Source: Haliscomenobacter sp.
GTDB taxonomy: Bacteria; Bacteroidota; Bacteroidia; Chitinophagales; Saprospiraceae
DNA length: 64,000 nucleotides
Assembly (NCBI GenBank): GCA_016707205.1
Contig: JADJHZ010000007.1
Location: 188,151-252,150, forward strand
Direction of reading: 5' to 3'
Shown here: in pieces, positions 20,642 through 30,569 of the stretch
Numbering within the stretch: position 1 is the first letter of the stretch
Layout: each line of letters begins with the position of its first letter
Program-made: the position numbers and the translations under genes
The notes under the pieces: generated by a model
Database searches by the model: none
What the model saw: the letters and a program-made list of their open reading frames with translations, nothing else
What the model was told of the DNA's origin: nothing

Positions 20642-21736
20642 ATGAAAAAACTGCTGATCGCCACCGGAGGCGGCGACTGTCCCGGATTGAATGCTGTCAT
20701 CAGGGGAATTGCAAAGGCAGCCCGGTCGGAAGGCATCTGGGAGGCCTGGGGTACCATTGAGGCGTTTAACGGCGTGTTTCGCGACCCGCCTGAATTGGTC
20801 CGGCTAACCCCTAAACGCATTGCCGGCATTCACGTCAAAGGAGGAACTATTATCAAGACTACGAACCTGAATGACCCCAGGGCCTATCCTGTCCAGCAGG
20901 CGGACGGCTCCTGGAAAACGTTCGACCGCACCGGCGAACTGGTGGAGCGGATTAAAAGCCTGGGATTCGAGGCGCTGGTCAATATCGGGGGCGACGGAAG
21001 CCAGCGGATTTCCCAGGCATTGATCGAAAAAGGGATGAACGTAGTAGGAGTGCCTAAAACCATCGACAACGACATTATGGGCACCGACCTGACGTTTGGC
21101 TTTAGCACAGCTGTACAGATCGCTTCGGAAAGCCTGGATAAGCTGGTGACTACCGCCGAAAGCCACCACCGGGTCATGCTGATGGAAGTAATGGGAAGAG
21201 ACGCAGGCTGGATCGCGCTGCACACGGCCATTGCCGGGGGCGCAGAAATCTGCCTGATACCGGAAATCCCTTTTCAAATCGACAAAGTGCTCCAAACCAT
21301 TAATAAACGGTATCACAAAGGGAAAGGCTTTGCCAATGTCGTCATCGCGGAGGGCGCCAAACCCTTTGGAGGAACCGTCGTCGGCAAAAAAGCCCTGGAA
21401 GTGGGTGATCAGCATATAAAATTGGGAGGCGTCGCCAACTACCTTCAAATGCTTCTGGAAGAAAAAGGATGCCCCGCGCAGATTCGAACTACCGTTCTTG
21501 GTCATATCCAGAGAGGAGGTATACCTATTGCGTTCGACCGCATCCTGGCTTCGGCCATGGGCGTGAAAGCCTATGAGCTCGTCCGGGATGGGGCTTTTGG
21601 GAATATGGTCTCTTATCAGGGGGATCAATTGAGTCAGGTTCCGGTCTCCGAAGCCATCAAGGGAAATAAAGTCCTTACCCCCGATCATTATCTCTTGCGC
21701 GTGGCCCGTTCTTTGGGCATTTCATTCGGGGATTGA
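20642..21736 (+). CDS. pfkA: 6-phosphofructokinase
   Basis: MKKLLIATGGGDCPGLNAV…NIGGDGSQ…GVPKTIDNDI…MGRDAG. These are PFK-A family signature motifs. Confidence 0.85.
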   Translation: MKKLLIATGGGDCPGLNAVIRGIAKAARSEGIWEAWGTIEAFNGVFRDPPELVRLTPKRIAGIHVKGGTIIKTTNLNDPRAYPVQQADGSWKTFDRTGELVERIKSLGFEALVNIGGDGSQRISQALIEKGMNVVGVPKTIDNDIMGTDLTFGFSTAVQIASESLDKLVTTAESHHRVMLMEVMGRDAGWIALHTAIAGGAEICLIPEIPFQIDKVLQTINKRYHKGKGFANVVIAEGAKPFGGTVVGKKALEVGDQHIKLGGVANYLQMLLEEKGCPAQIRTTVLGHIQRGGIPIAFDRILASAMGVKAYELVRDGAFGNMVSYQGDQLSQVPVSEAIKGNKVLTPDHYLLRVARSLGISFGD

Positions 21737-21991
21737 TTCATTAAAGGTTTCCTATAAGTAAACATGTGGATTCAAATTGATCCATGTAAAGCAAAGATGA
21801 ATTCTTTGTTAATGCCTTTGTCTTGTTTTCAATGTTTTATTAACCAATCCTTAATGATTATTTTAAGTCCTTTCATGTAACCCGGTTCAGGGTTTTCCTC
21901 AATTTTGCGTTGACAATTGATCAAAAAAAGCCGCGCCCAGGGAAGCCCCTTGGACACGGCGGGAAGTAATTAATTAATCAATCACTAAATT

Positions 21992-24900
21992 ATGAAATTT
22001 CAGCTGAATTTGCAAAGCCAACGGGCTTTGCTTAAGGTCTGCTTTTTGACATTTGGAGTCTTGCTCTCCATGTCGGCGTTCGCCCAGCGCACGCTTTCCG
22101 GTAAGGTAATGGATGCGGCCAACGGCCAGCCCATTATCGGCGCCAACCTCCTGGCCAAAGGGTCTTCCAATGGTTCGGTTACGGACATCGATGGAACCTT
22201 TACCATGAAATTGGCGGACAATGAGACGGTTCTGGTCGTTTCCTACATCGGCTACGACACCAGGGAAGTAGAAGTGGCCGGTCTTTCCACGATTGAAATC
22301 TCCCTCGAAGAAGCCGCTCTTGGCCTCTCCGAAGTCACCGTGACCGCTTTGGGTATCACCAAGGAAAAAGTACGCGTCACTACCGCCATCCAGAGCGTGG
22401 ACGGCGAGCAACTGGTCAAAGCCCGCGAACCCAACAACATACAAGGTTTGACGGGTAAAATCGCCGGTCTGACCATCGGTTCTTCCCCCGAAATGCTCCG
22501 CCGCCCCAACGTATTGCTGCGCGGCGCTTCCGATCTGCTCTACGTCGTAGACGGCGTACCGATCAACTCCGATACCTGGAACATCAATCCAGACGATATC
22601 GAAACCTTCACCGTGCTGAAAGGCGCTACGGCTGCCGCTCTGTACGGCTTCCGCGGGAAAAACGGCGCCATCCTGATTACCACCAAGCGCGGAACCGGTA
22701 ACGACCGCGGGTTTTCGGTGGAATTCAACTCCTCGACCATGCTGGAATCCGGTTTCAACGCTATCCCCAAAGTGCAGGATCTCTATGGCCCCGGCGACCA
22801 CGGCATTTACGAATTCGTCGACGGCAAAGGGGGCGGAAAAAACGACAACGACTACGATATCTGGGGCCCGCCGCTCGACGGCCGCTTGCTCCCGCAGTAC
22901 GACAGCCCGATCGACCCCGCTACCGGGAAACGCATTCCTACGCCGTTTACCCCTCGCGGTAAGGACAACCTCACCCGCTTTCTGCAGCCCGGCTTGCTGA
23001 CGAATAACAGCGTGGCAGTGTCCAGCAGCGGAGAGCGTTACGACATGCGTTTTTCTTTAGGGCATTCTTTTCAGCAAGGCATCGTTCCCAATACCGATTT
23101 GAACATTACCAACTTTAACACGACGCTTGGCTTTGACTTTACCGACCGCCTCCGCTTTGAAGCCAATATCAACTACAACCGCCAGTTTTCCGATAACTAT
23201 CCGGATGCCAACTACGGCCCCAACTCCCTCATCTATAATATTGTAACCTGGGCCGGCGCCGACTGGGATGTGGACGACATGAAGGTGCTTTGGCAGGAAG
23301 GCAAAGAAGGTATTCAGCAGATTTACGCAGAATACCAGCGCTATAACAACCCGTGGTTCATGGCTAAAGAATGGCTCCGCGGCCATCAAAAAAACGACGT
23401 CTACGGATACGCCAGCCTGGCCTATGAATTTTCGGACGCGCTGAAACTTACCGGCCGCACATCCGTGACTTCCTACGATCTCCTTCGCACCGAAAAGATG
23501 CCCTACTCCGCCGGTTCCTACGGCCGCGACGAGCGCAAAGGGGATTACCGCGAAGACCGCCGCTCCTTATTCGAGAACAACACCGACCTGCTGCTCCAAT
23601 ACGACAAGCGTTTTGGAGGCATTGCCATAGGCGCTGTTGCGGGCGGTAACGTCCGGACCTTCGGGTTCAACAGCAACTATGGGACGACCGACTACCTGAT
23701 TACCCCGGGTGTATATGCCTTCAGCAATTCGCTGAACCCGGCGCGGACCTTCAGCTTCAACTCCGACATGACCGTGCTTTCCGGATACTACTCAGCGGAT
23801 ATTTCCCTTGGCCGCTATGCCAACCTGTCGCATACCGGCCGGGTGGACAAGATCTCCACCCTTCCCGAAGGGAACCAAACCTTCTTTTATCCTTCTTTCG
23901 GCGCCAACACGATCATTACCGAATACTTGCCCCTGGGCCCGGTTTCCTTCCTGAAACTGCGCGGCGCCTACGCAAATGTAAAAGACGGTCTGACCTCTCC
24001 TACGGTCGGTACGGCATTCTCTCCTCTCGGCGGAAGCAACCCACTGGGGTATGGCGACCTGTATTATTCGTCGTATGACGGCCCCAGCTATAGCAATTCC
24101 ACGGTGTATACCACTCAGTTGGGCTATGGGACTAACCCGGCAGCCTACTTCACCAACACCTTGGGCAACCCGAACCTCGAGCGCAACTCCCGCTCCGAGT
24201 ACGAACTGGGTTTTGACCTGGGCGTTTTGACCAACCGGATCAATGTAGAATTTACCTATTTCAATATCAAGGAAGGTCCGTTTACCTTTGCCCGCCCAAT
24301 TTCCGAAACAACCGGTTACACAGGGCAGCTCGTCAACGGGATTGTCACCCGCAAAAAAGGCTTGGAAATCGTGTTGAAAGCCGATCCGTTTAAAGGGTCC
24401 AGCAGCAAACTGCGCTGGATGCCGGCGATCAACTTCTCTACGTTCCGCGAAAGGTACGAAGCGTTTTATGAAGACGCGGACGGTAACGAACTGACCAAGC
24501 TGAACGATTACAATCAGCAGATCGGACGACGCGTAGATGAGTACTGGGCAGGTAACGGGTATTTCTTTACCCCAGACGGCCAGATCATCAACGACGCAGG
24601 CGGCCGTCCTATACGCATTTCAACGGTAAACGGCAATGCCCGCAAGTTTCTGGGGCATCTTGATCCGGACTTTGTATGGAGCTTTATCAATAGCTTCTCC
24701 TTCAAGAACTTCACGTTTACCTTCCAGTTTGACGGCCGTCAGGGCGGGGTCATCTCGAACTATATCCAACGCCAGACGTTCCGGGGAGGCCGCCATATTG
24801 AAACGGTCGAAGGCGCTATGGGCGTTGCCCGCCTCGAAGACACCAAGGGCAACCGCACCTGGGTAGGCTCTGGCGTGCAGATCGCCAACAGCGCCGCGCT

Positions 24901-25252
24901 GAAATCCGACATCTACGGCAACATCACCAATCTGAGCGAGTTGCAGTTCAGGCCAAACACCACGGCAACGTTCCTCCAGGATTGGATCAGCCGCTACTAT
25001 CAGGAGGACGAAACCAACATGATGAGCCGGTCGTTCGCCAAATTGCGGGAAGTGGTGGTCACCTACTCCGTCCCTGTAAAACCGGGTTCATTCTTCCGGG
25101 AGATGACCGTATCGCTCATCGGGCGTAACCTGCTTTACTTCGCCGAGAAGAAAGATGTGGACCTCGACCAGTACACCGGCCGCCAAACAAGTACCAGCTT
25201 TGAAACCCCAACCAGCAAACGTTACGGAATCAACCTGAGCTTCAAATTTTAA
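21992..25252 (+). CDS. SusC/RagA-family TonB-linked outer-membrane protein
   Basis: 1086 aa with a signal peptide, an N-terminal carboxypeptidase-D-regulatory-like domain (TLSGKVMDAANGQPIIGANLL…DIDGTFTMK), a TonB plug, and a C-terminal beta-barrel ending in F. Confidence 0.9.
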   Translation: MKFQLNLQSQRALLKVCFLTFGVLLSMSAFAQRTLSGKVMDAANGQPIIGANLLAKGSSNGSVTDIDGTFTMKLADNETVLVVSYIGYDTREVEVAGLSTIEISLEEAALGLSEVTVTALGITKEKVRVTTAIQSVDGEQLVKAREPNNIQGLTGKIAGLTIGSSPEMLRRPNVLLRGASDLLYVVDGVPINSDTWNINPDDIETFTVLKGATAAALYGFRGKNGAILITTKRGTGNDRGFSVEFNSSTMLESGFNAIPKVQDLYGPGDHGIYEFVDGKGGGKNDNDYDIWGPPLDGRLLPQYDSPIDPATGKRIPTPFTPRGKDNLTRFLQPGLLTNNSVAVSSSGERYDMRFSLGHSFQQGIVPNTDLNITNFNTTLGFDFTDRLRFEANINYNRQFSDNYPDANYGPNSLIYNIVTWAGADWDVDDMKVLWQEGKEGIQQIYAEYQRYNNPWFMAKEWLRGHQKNDVYGYASLAYEFSDALKLTGRTSVTSYDLLRTEKMPYSAGSYGRDERKGDYREDRRSLFENNTDLLLQYDKRFGGIAIGAVAGGNVRTFGFNSNYGTTDYLITPGVYAFSNSLNPARTFSFNSDMTVLSGYYSADISLGRYANLSHTGRVDKISTLPEGNQTFFYPSFGANTIITEYLPLGPVSFLKLRGAYANVKDGLTSPTVGTAFSPLGGSNPLGYGDLYYSSYDGPSYSNSTVYTTQLGYGTNPAAYFTNTLGNPNLERNSRSEYELGFDLGVLTNRINVEFTYFNIKEGPFTFARPISETTGYTGQLVNGIVTRKKGLEIVLKADPFKGSSSKLRWMPAINFSTFRERYEAFYEDADGNELTKLNDYNQQIGRRVDEYWAGNGYFFTPDGQIINDAGGRPIRISTVNGNARKFLGHLDPDFVWSFINSFSFKNFTFTFQFDGRQGGVISNYIQRQTFRGGRHIETVEGAMGVARLEDTKGNRTWVGSGVQIANSAALKSDIYGNITNLSELQFRPNTTATFLQDWISRYYQEDETNMMSRSFAKLREVVVTYSVPVKPGSFFREMTVSLIGRNLLYFAEKKDVDLDQYTGRQTSTSFETPTSKRYGINLSFKF

Positions 25253-25321
25253 TAACCGGTTTTGTTCGGGCCCCGGCCTGCGGGGTCCGGACAGCATCTG
25301 ATAAATCTTAAACTATCATTC

Positions 25322-26884
25322 ATGAAAAGGTATAAATTTCTGATTGCCTTTCTGGCATTCGCCTTCTTAACCCTCAACTCCTGCGACTATACCGGTCTGG
25401 ACGTTGATCCTAACCGTCCAACCAGTGCTCCCGCAGCCCTGATCCTGAACGGCGCCCTTCTGAATTTTTACACTGGCGCCTGGAATCCCGTCCAGCGTCA
25501 GAACCAATACTGGTGCATTAACTACAACTACTACGGAACCAACGAATACTGGTCTGGAGCTACTTCCCTGGATTTTACCCGCCTGAAGAACGTGCAGAAA
25601 ATGGAAGAAGAAGCCTTGAAGAGCGGGGCTGCAGCCGTTAACCCATACAGTGCTTTGGGTAAGTTTTTCCGCGCCTATCATTTTGTGAATATGACGCAAA
25701 AATTGGGCGACCTTCCCTTGGGCGAAGCGTTGAATGGCCTTGAGAACACGACGCCTAAGTATGCGACTCAAAAGGAGATCTATATCCAGGTGCTGAAATG
25801 GCTGGACGAAGCCAACGCCGATTTCGCTGCTCTGATTGCCAAAGGCGGGCAAAAAGCGGATGGCGATTGGTTCTATAATGGCGATTTGTCCAAATGGCAA
25901 AAACTGGTGAATACTTACCGCCTCCGCGTATTGGTCAGCTTGAGCAAGAAAGACGCCGACGCCGACGTGAAAGTGAAGCAGCAATTTGCCGAAGTACTCG
26001 GCAACCCATCCAAGTACCCTTTGATGAGTAGTATTTCCGACAACCTGCAGTATGTGCCGGTTGCTGCCCGGTCAGACCTCGACTACCCGAAAAATCCGAG
26101 TTCGTACGGCTTTGACGCGCTCCGGGAAAACACCTCGAAGTTGTATATCGATTTGCTCAAAGAATTTCAGGATCCGAGGCTTTTCGTCGTCGCCGAACCC
26201 GCAGAAGCCCTTGTCAAGGCAGGCGCTGCTCCGACTTCATTCAGCGCTTTTGCGGGCGCGAGCTCCGGTGAAAGTCTCGATGACATGGCATTCAAAGCGC
26301 AGAAAGGCGAATACTCCCTGATCAGCCGCAAGCGATTCTACTCTACGTTTGAAGGAGAGCCTATCGTACAGGTCGGTTACCCGGAGATGTGTTTCAATAT
26401 CGCGGAGGGGATCAATCGCGGCTGGGCAACGGGTAATGCAGAAGATTGGTACAAAAAAGGTATCGTGGCGTCTATGGCTTACTACGGCATTGCAACGGGC
26501 AATCTCAACGTGTTTTTTGCCAAAGTTGGCGCCCCTCTAGGCAATTTCGACACCTACTCGGTGCCGGTTGATGTAGATGCCTATAACAACCAACCTAAGG
26601 TCAAATATGCCGGCAACAATGCCCAGGGCTTGGAGCAGATCCTGAAGCAAAAATACCTGGCTATGGCTCAGGGTTCCGATCTGGAGGCCTATTACAATTA
26701 TCGCCGCACGGGAATCCCAGCCTTCCTTACCGGTGTAGGCCTGGGCAACGGCGGAAAAATTCCGCTCCGCTTCCAATATCCAGCTAGCGAAAACATCACC
26801 AACTCCACTAACTTCCAGGAGGCCCTGCAGCGCCAATATGCCGGAAAAGACGATATTTTCGGCAAAATGTGGCTGATCCAGTAA
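25322..26884 (+). CDS. SusD/RagB-family outer-membrane lipoprotein
   Basis: Lipoprotein signal MKRYKFLIAFLAFAFLTLNSC. It lies immediately downstream of susC and has SusD-like TPR-rich composition. Confidence 0.85.
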   Translation: MKRYKFLIAFLAFAFLTLNSCDYTGLDVDPNRPTSAPAALILNGALLNFYTGAWNPVQRQNQYWCINYNYYGTNEYWSGATSLDFTRLKNVQKMEEEALKSGAAAVNPYSALGKFFRAYHFVNMTQKLGDLPLGEALNGLENTTPKYATQKEIYIQVLKWLDEANADFAALIAKGGQKADGDWFYNGDLSKWQKLVNTYRLRVLVSLSKKDADADVKVKQQFAEVLGNPSKYPLMSSISDNLQYVPVAARSDLDYPKNPSSYGFDALRENTSKLYIDLLKEFQDPRLFVVAEPAEALVKAGAAPTSFSAFAGASSGESLDDMAFKAQKGEYSLISRKRFYSTFEGEPIVQVGYPEMCFNIAEGINRGWATGNAEDWYKKGIVASMAYYGIATGNLNVFFAKVGAPLGNFDTYSVPVDVDAYNNQPKVKYAGNNAQGLEQILKQKYLAMAQGSDLEAYYNYRRTGIPAFLTGVGLGNGGKIPLRFQYPASENITNSTNFQEALQRQYAGKDDIFGKMWLIQ

Positions 26885-26916
26885 GCCGCTCTGGTCGTTC
26901 GAGCAAAAAAAACAAC

Positions 26917-26958
26917 GGGGATGCCATCCATGTGGGATGGCATCCCTGGTTTTTTTTA
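26917..26958 (+). terminator. Rho-independent terminator after the susC/susD pair
   Basis: ggggatgccatcc-atgtg-ggatggcatccc is a perfect 12-bp stem. It is followed by tggttttttttaag. Confidence 0.7.
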
Positions 26959-26960
26959 AG

Positions 26961-27068
26961 TAGCGAAGTAACGTTTAGGCGTTTAGGCGTTTAGGCGCTG
27001 GGGCGTTGAGGGGTAGGATGCTTCTGGAGGCAAGGCGGTTTCTACCTCGCTACCTCGTTACTTCGCTA
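26961..27068. repeat. Inverted-repeat-flanked microsatellite block (8-bp units gtttaggc×3 and gctacctc-like×4)
   Basis: The arms are tagcgaagtaacg (26961–26973) and cgttacttcgcta (27056–27068). Related CGAAGT/GCTACCTC microsatellites occur at 5911–5960, 18532–18578, 55998–56070 and 58734–58781. Confidence 0.55.
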
Positions 27069-27302
27069 CGTCGCTACGTCCTCCTTTTCCTTACATCCGC
27101 AGCAAGCTTTCGCCTGGGTATATATGGACGCGGCTACGGCCAGCGCGAATAAAACGACTCCCGCTTTGCAATAGAAGGAACAGAAAAACACCGGCCCGGC
27201 GCCGAGCGAACTGGATATGGCGCCGACGAGGATCAGCAGCAGGAATAAGGTAAATAGCGCTGCGGGCAAGATTAATCCAATTCGGCACAGGAACGTTCTC
27301 AT
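27066..27302 (-). CDS. Small hypothetical membrane protein (78 aa, 2 TM) with a C-terminal CCGCKEKED motif
   Basis: ATG start at the complement of 27300–27302. The ORF has two hydrophobic helices and overlaps the microsatellite, so it is uncertain. Confidence 0.3.
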   Translation of the reverse strand: MRTFLCRIGLILPAALFTLFLLLILVGAISSSLGAGPVFFCSFYCKAGVVLFALAVAASIYTQAKACCGCKEKEDVAT

Positions 27303-27461
27303 TTTTGCTTAATTTAACCTTAGTTTGTTAATACCATAAGAACCCAATATGGATTCCATGTGCAAGTTGGGCTTTAAAAAATTGACAATCAAATATTTAA
27401 GCTTGATATCTTCCTGCCCGGGAATTGATATTTCTCACAGAGCCGGGTGAACGATTAACGT

Positions 27462-28151
27462 ATGGCTACTGAAATTCCTTCCTGTAAACTATGCCAGGTG
27501 AAATCCTGCGCGGTTGCCGCCCTCTCGGATGAAGAACTCAGCGTCCTTTCCGGTAATATCCAGCACGTGTCGTTTAAAAAGGGGGAGACGGTGTTCAAGG
27601 AGGGGTTGTTGATATCCCATGTCTTCTATCTGAAAAAGGGATTGATCAAACTGCATCAGCACGTGAGCGAGGAGCGGGAAGCGATCCTGAAAATTTGTTT
27701 TCCGACCTGCTACTTCGGCCTCTCCACTATTTTTGGCAACCGGACCAACCTCTACTCGGCTACCGCCATCGAACCGACGGAGGTTTGCATGATCGATGTT
27801 TCCACGTTTAAAGAAATGATTTACAGCAATGGCAAGTTTGCCTTTGAGATCATCGCCGATATCGCCAAAGACGAGCTCAACGTGTGCAGGCGGTTTGTCA
27901 GCCTGACTTCCAAGCAGACCAATGGCCGGATTGCCAGCGCCCTGCTGTTCTTCGCCCGGAAAGTATACCAAAATCCCACGTTTGAACTCCCCCTGAGCCG
28001 CGTGGAACTTGGCGAATTCCTCGGTATTTCCAGAGAGGGCGTCACCCGCGGCCTCGTTCTATTCAAACAAGACGGCCTCATCGAACTGGATAAAAACCGC
28101 ATCATCCTCCTCAAGGAAGATATGCTGGAACAAATCTCCAGATCCGGATGA
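27462..28151 (+). CDS. Crp/Fnr-family transcriptional regulator
   Basis: 229 aa with a cNMP-binding beta-roll followed by a C-terminal HTH (…RVELGEFLGISREGVTRGL…). Confidence 0.85.
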   Translation: MATEIPSCKLCQVKSCAVAALSDEELSVLSGNIQHVSFKKGETVFKEGLLISHVFYLKKGLIKLHQHVSEEREAILKICFPTCYFGLSTIFGNRTNLYSATAIEPTEVCMIDVSTFKEMIYSNGKFAFEIIADIAKDELNVCRRFVSLTSKQTNGRIASALLFFARKVYQNPTFELPLSRVELGEFLGISREGVTRGLVLFKQDGLIELDKNRIILLKEDMLEQISRSG

Positions 28152-28174
28152 AACGAGGTACCTCGTACATCGCT

Positions 28175-30358
28175 TCACTCCGGATGATACGTCCGTTCTG
28201 CATTCCTCAGCACATCCTCCTTGTAGTACAGCACGTCTTTGAACTGGTGTGTAGCGTACTTTCCGGACTGGTCGTTGAAGTGTGGGGAGGAGGGGTTGCT
28301 GCTGGAGCCTCCGGTGACGATGGATTTGGCTTTGACCTTTTCTCCAAATTCCACTACCGCGACGAAGCTGTTGCCTACATACCCGTAGCGTTTTTTGGTA
28401 TTGGGAGCAGCTCGGGCGCCGAAAGCGGGCAGGGAGCCCCACATAGAGGCAGTGAATCCGACCGGGATGCTGGCCTTCTGATCGTCGTACTCCTCCTGGA
28501 CCTTGCCCGTAAGGCGTTGAAACCGGTTGATCTCCCCCCAGGGCGTTTTCCAGGTTCCGAAATCGCGGGTAAGTTCTGCGACGGCATTCTGGAGCATGGA
28601 CACCTTTTCCTGGGCGTTGCTTCTGCCGATCATGTATTCTACCAGCGCCCATTGGGTGGTGGGTTCTCCGGGCTGTATTTTGGAGCGAATAGCCGCCATG
28701 AGTTTTTCCGCCCAGAAAATGGCCAGAGTGGTGGGGACGGATTCGACGCCCCAATCGCGGTTCCAGGCGCGCAGTTGATTCATGGGGTCTTTTAACGCGG
28801 AGCAAAGCGGATCTTGTTGGGCGGCGCGTTCGTCGTAGGCGGAAGCCAGGGCGGGGATCAACTTATCGAAAGCGGCGAGGTGGGGGTCGTAGGCGGCCGT
28901 GATCAGGTTGTCGAGGGTATACGAGTTCGTTCTGGAAAGCACCTGAACGGCGTTCACGCCCCGGTAGTTTTCGGCATCCGGCGCCATATAAGCGGGATAA
29001 TAAGACGCTTGGGGGCTGGCGCTGCCTGCCACAGTGAAGGGCGTGGAATTGCAGTTTTGTATCCATCCGGAAGCCGGGTTCTTTGTCTGGACGATCTCCT
29101 TGACTTTATGCAAGCCTTTCCATTCGGTTCCGGGGTTGGCGCCGTCGACCGGATTTTCCCAATCGAAGCCCGGATTGCGCCTGGGCATGAAGTCGCCGTG
29201 CCAGTAAGCGATATTGCCCTGCTTGTCGGCAAAGACGGTGTTGTTGGATGAGTTGGTCCGGATATCCATTGTTTTTTTGTACGACTTATACCCGGTGGCT
29301 TTGGTGCGCAGGTAAGACTGGGAAAGCGCCTCCAGCGGCTGGTTCATCATTTTCATGGCCATCCATTTTCCGTTGCGCTCTCCGATGATCGGGCCATGGT
29401 GTGACCAGTAGAGCGTCACGGGTTTTTGCTTGAAGGCGTCGCCGTCTTTATAGGTTTGCATGACCCGGCGTGCGCGCATGGGGCGCATGTCTTTTCCATA
29501 CGAGTACACATAGCTTTCTCCCTTCTGCTCGACGCTTTCCAGGTATTCGTCCATCACGTCGGCATCGCTGGAAGTGTGCATCCAGCCGCAGTGTTCGTTG
29601 AATCCCTGGTAGATAAAAAACTGCCCCCAGGTGACGGCCCCATAGGCGTTCAGACCTTCTTCGCTGACCATATGCACTTCGGAACGGAAATAGAACGACG
29701 TATGGGGATTGATGAGCAAAAGCGCGTTGCCGGTGGCGCTTTTAAGGGGCGCTATGGCAAAGCCGTTGGAGCCGGTGGGTTCTTCCTCCCATTTGGGTGT
29801 TTCCTCCAGGAAGGACGTTCCGGCCCGGTTTTGCCCATAAAACGCGCGTATACCATTCAGCGGCACGGCGGAGATATTCCCTCCAATGCTGCCTTCGCTG
29901 AAGGTGAGCGGCATCCAGGGCTGGAAGCGGGTCAGGAGTTTGGGCTTGATTTCAGGATGGGTGTATAAATAGTAGTTTACGCCATCGGCGAAGGCGTTCA
30001 GGAGTTTTTTCATCCACGCGGGGCTGGATTGGTAGATGGCGGCTGCCTCCAGGGTATCGAGGAACAAACGGGCCCGGATGTCGTGGGACAAGGCCGATTC
30101 GCCTTCGATCTCCGCAAGCCGCCCGATCGCTTCGATGTAGTTGTGTTCCACCCGGAAAAAGTCGTCCTCGCATTGGGCGTAGAGGACTCCAAACACGGCG
30201 TCGGCGTCGGTTTTTCCGTAAATATGGGGAATGCCCCATTGGTCGCGGATGATGGTCACTTGTTGAGCCTGGGCTTTCCAGCGGGCGATCTCGGCCTCTT
30301 GAGCCGATTGGGCCGCCAGGGAGGTGGCGCCCAGTAAAAGGAAAAAAAGGAATCTCAT
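28175..30358 (-). CDS. Penicillin acylase-family protein (Ntn-hydrolase; possible acyl-homoserine-lactone acylase), secreted
   Basis: 727 aa with a signal peptide. The N-terminal region …IIRDQWGIPHIYGKTDADAVFGVLYAQCEDDFFRVE… is typical of the penicillin amidase/PvdQ family. Confidence 0.85.
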   Translation of the reverse strand: MRFLFFLLLGATSLAAQSAQEAEIARWKAQAQQVTIIRDQWGIPHIYGKTDADAVFGVLYAQCEDDFFRVEHNYIEAIGRLAEIEGESALSHDIRARLFLDTLEAAAIYQSSPAWMKKLLNAFADGVNYYLYTHPEIKPKLLTRFQPWMPLTFSEGSIGGNISAVPLNGIRAFYGQNRAGTSFLEETPKWEEEPTGSNGFAIAPLKSATGNALLLINPHTSFYFRSEVHMVSEEGLNAYGAVTWGQFFIYQGFNEHCGWMHTSSDADVMDEYLESVEQKGESYVYSYGKDMRPMRARRVMQTYKDGDAFKQKPVTLYWSHHGPIIGERNGKWMAMKMMNQPLEALSQSYLRTKATGYKSYKKTMDIRTNSSNNTVFADKQGNIAYWHGDFMPRRNPGFDWENPVDGANPGTEWKGLHKVKEIVQTKNPASGWIQNCNSTPFTVAGSASPQASYYPAYMAPDAENYRGVNAVQVLSRTNSYTLDNLITAAYDPHLAAFDKLIPALASAYDERAAQQDPLCSALKDPMNQLRAWNRDWGVESVPTTLAIFWAEKLMAAIRSKIQPGEPTTQWALVEYMIGRSNAQEKVSMLQNAVAELTRDFGTWKTPWGEINRFQRLTGKVQEEYDDQKASIPVGFTASMWGSLPAFGARAAPNTKKRYGYVGNSFVAVVEFGEKVKAKSIVTGGSSSNPSSPHFNDQSGKYATHQFKDVLYYKEDVLRNAERTYHPE

Positions 30359-30569
30359 GCAATTTGGTTTTTTGGCATTGTACGAGGGAAAAATAGGGAA
30401 CTTGGAGGTAATTCAACCGAAAAAGGAGAGAATTCTTGTTATTGAAGACGCTGGCCTTTTTTGTACTTTTAATCTGCCTAAAAGGTGAAAGAGAACAGAA
30501 AGCAATCCATTCGAAACTAAAACAAACTCCAACAGGTTATTTTTAATAAATATACAAACCGCTTTCGCC

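Noticed and set aside
28153-28166. Palindrome acgaggtacctcgt between the convergent Crp and acylase stops as a bidirectional terminator
   Set aside because: The stem is too short (5–6 bp after allowing a loop) and has no flanking T/A runs. It is more likely coincidental, or a protein-binding palindrome, and the support is weak.
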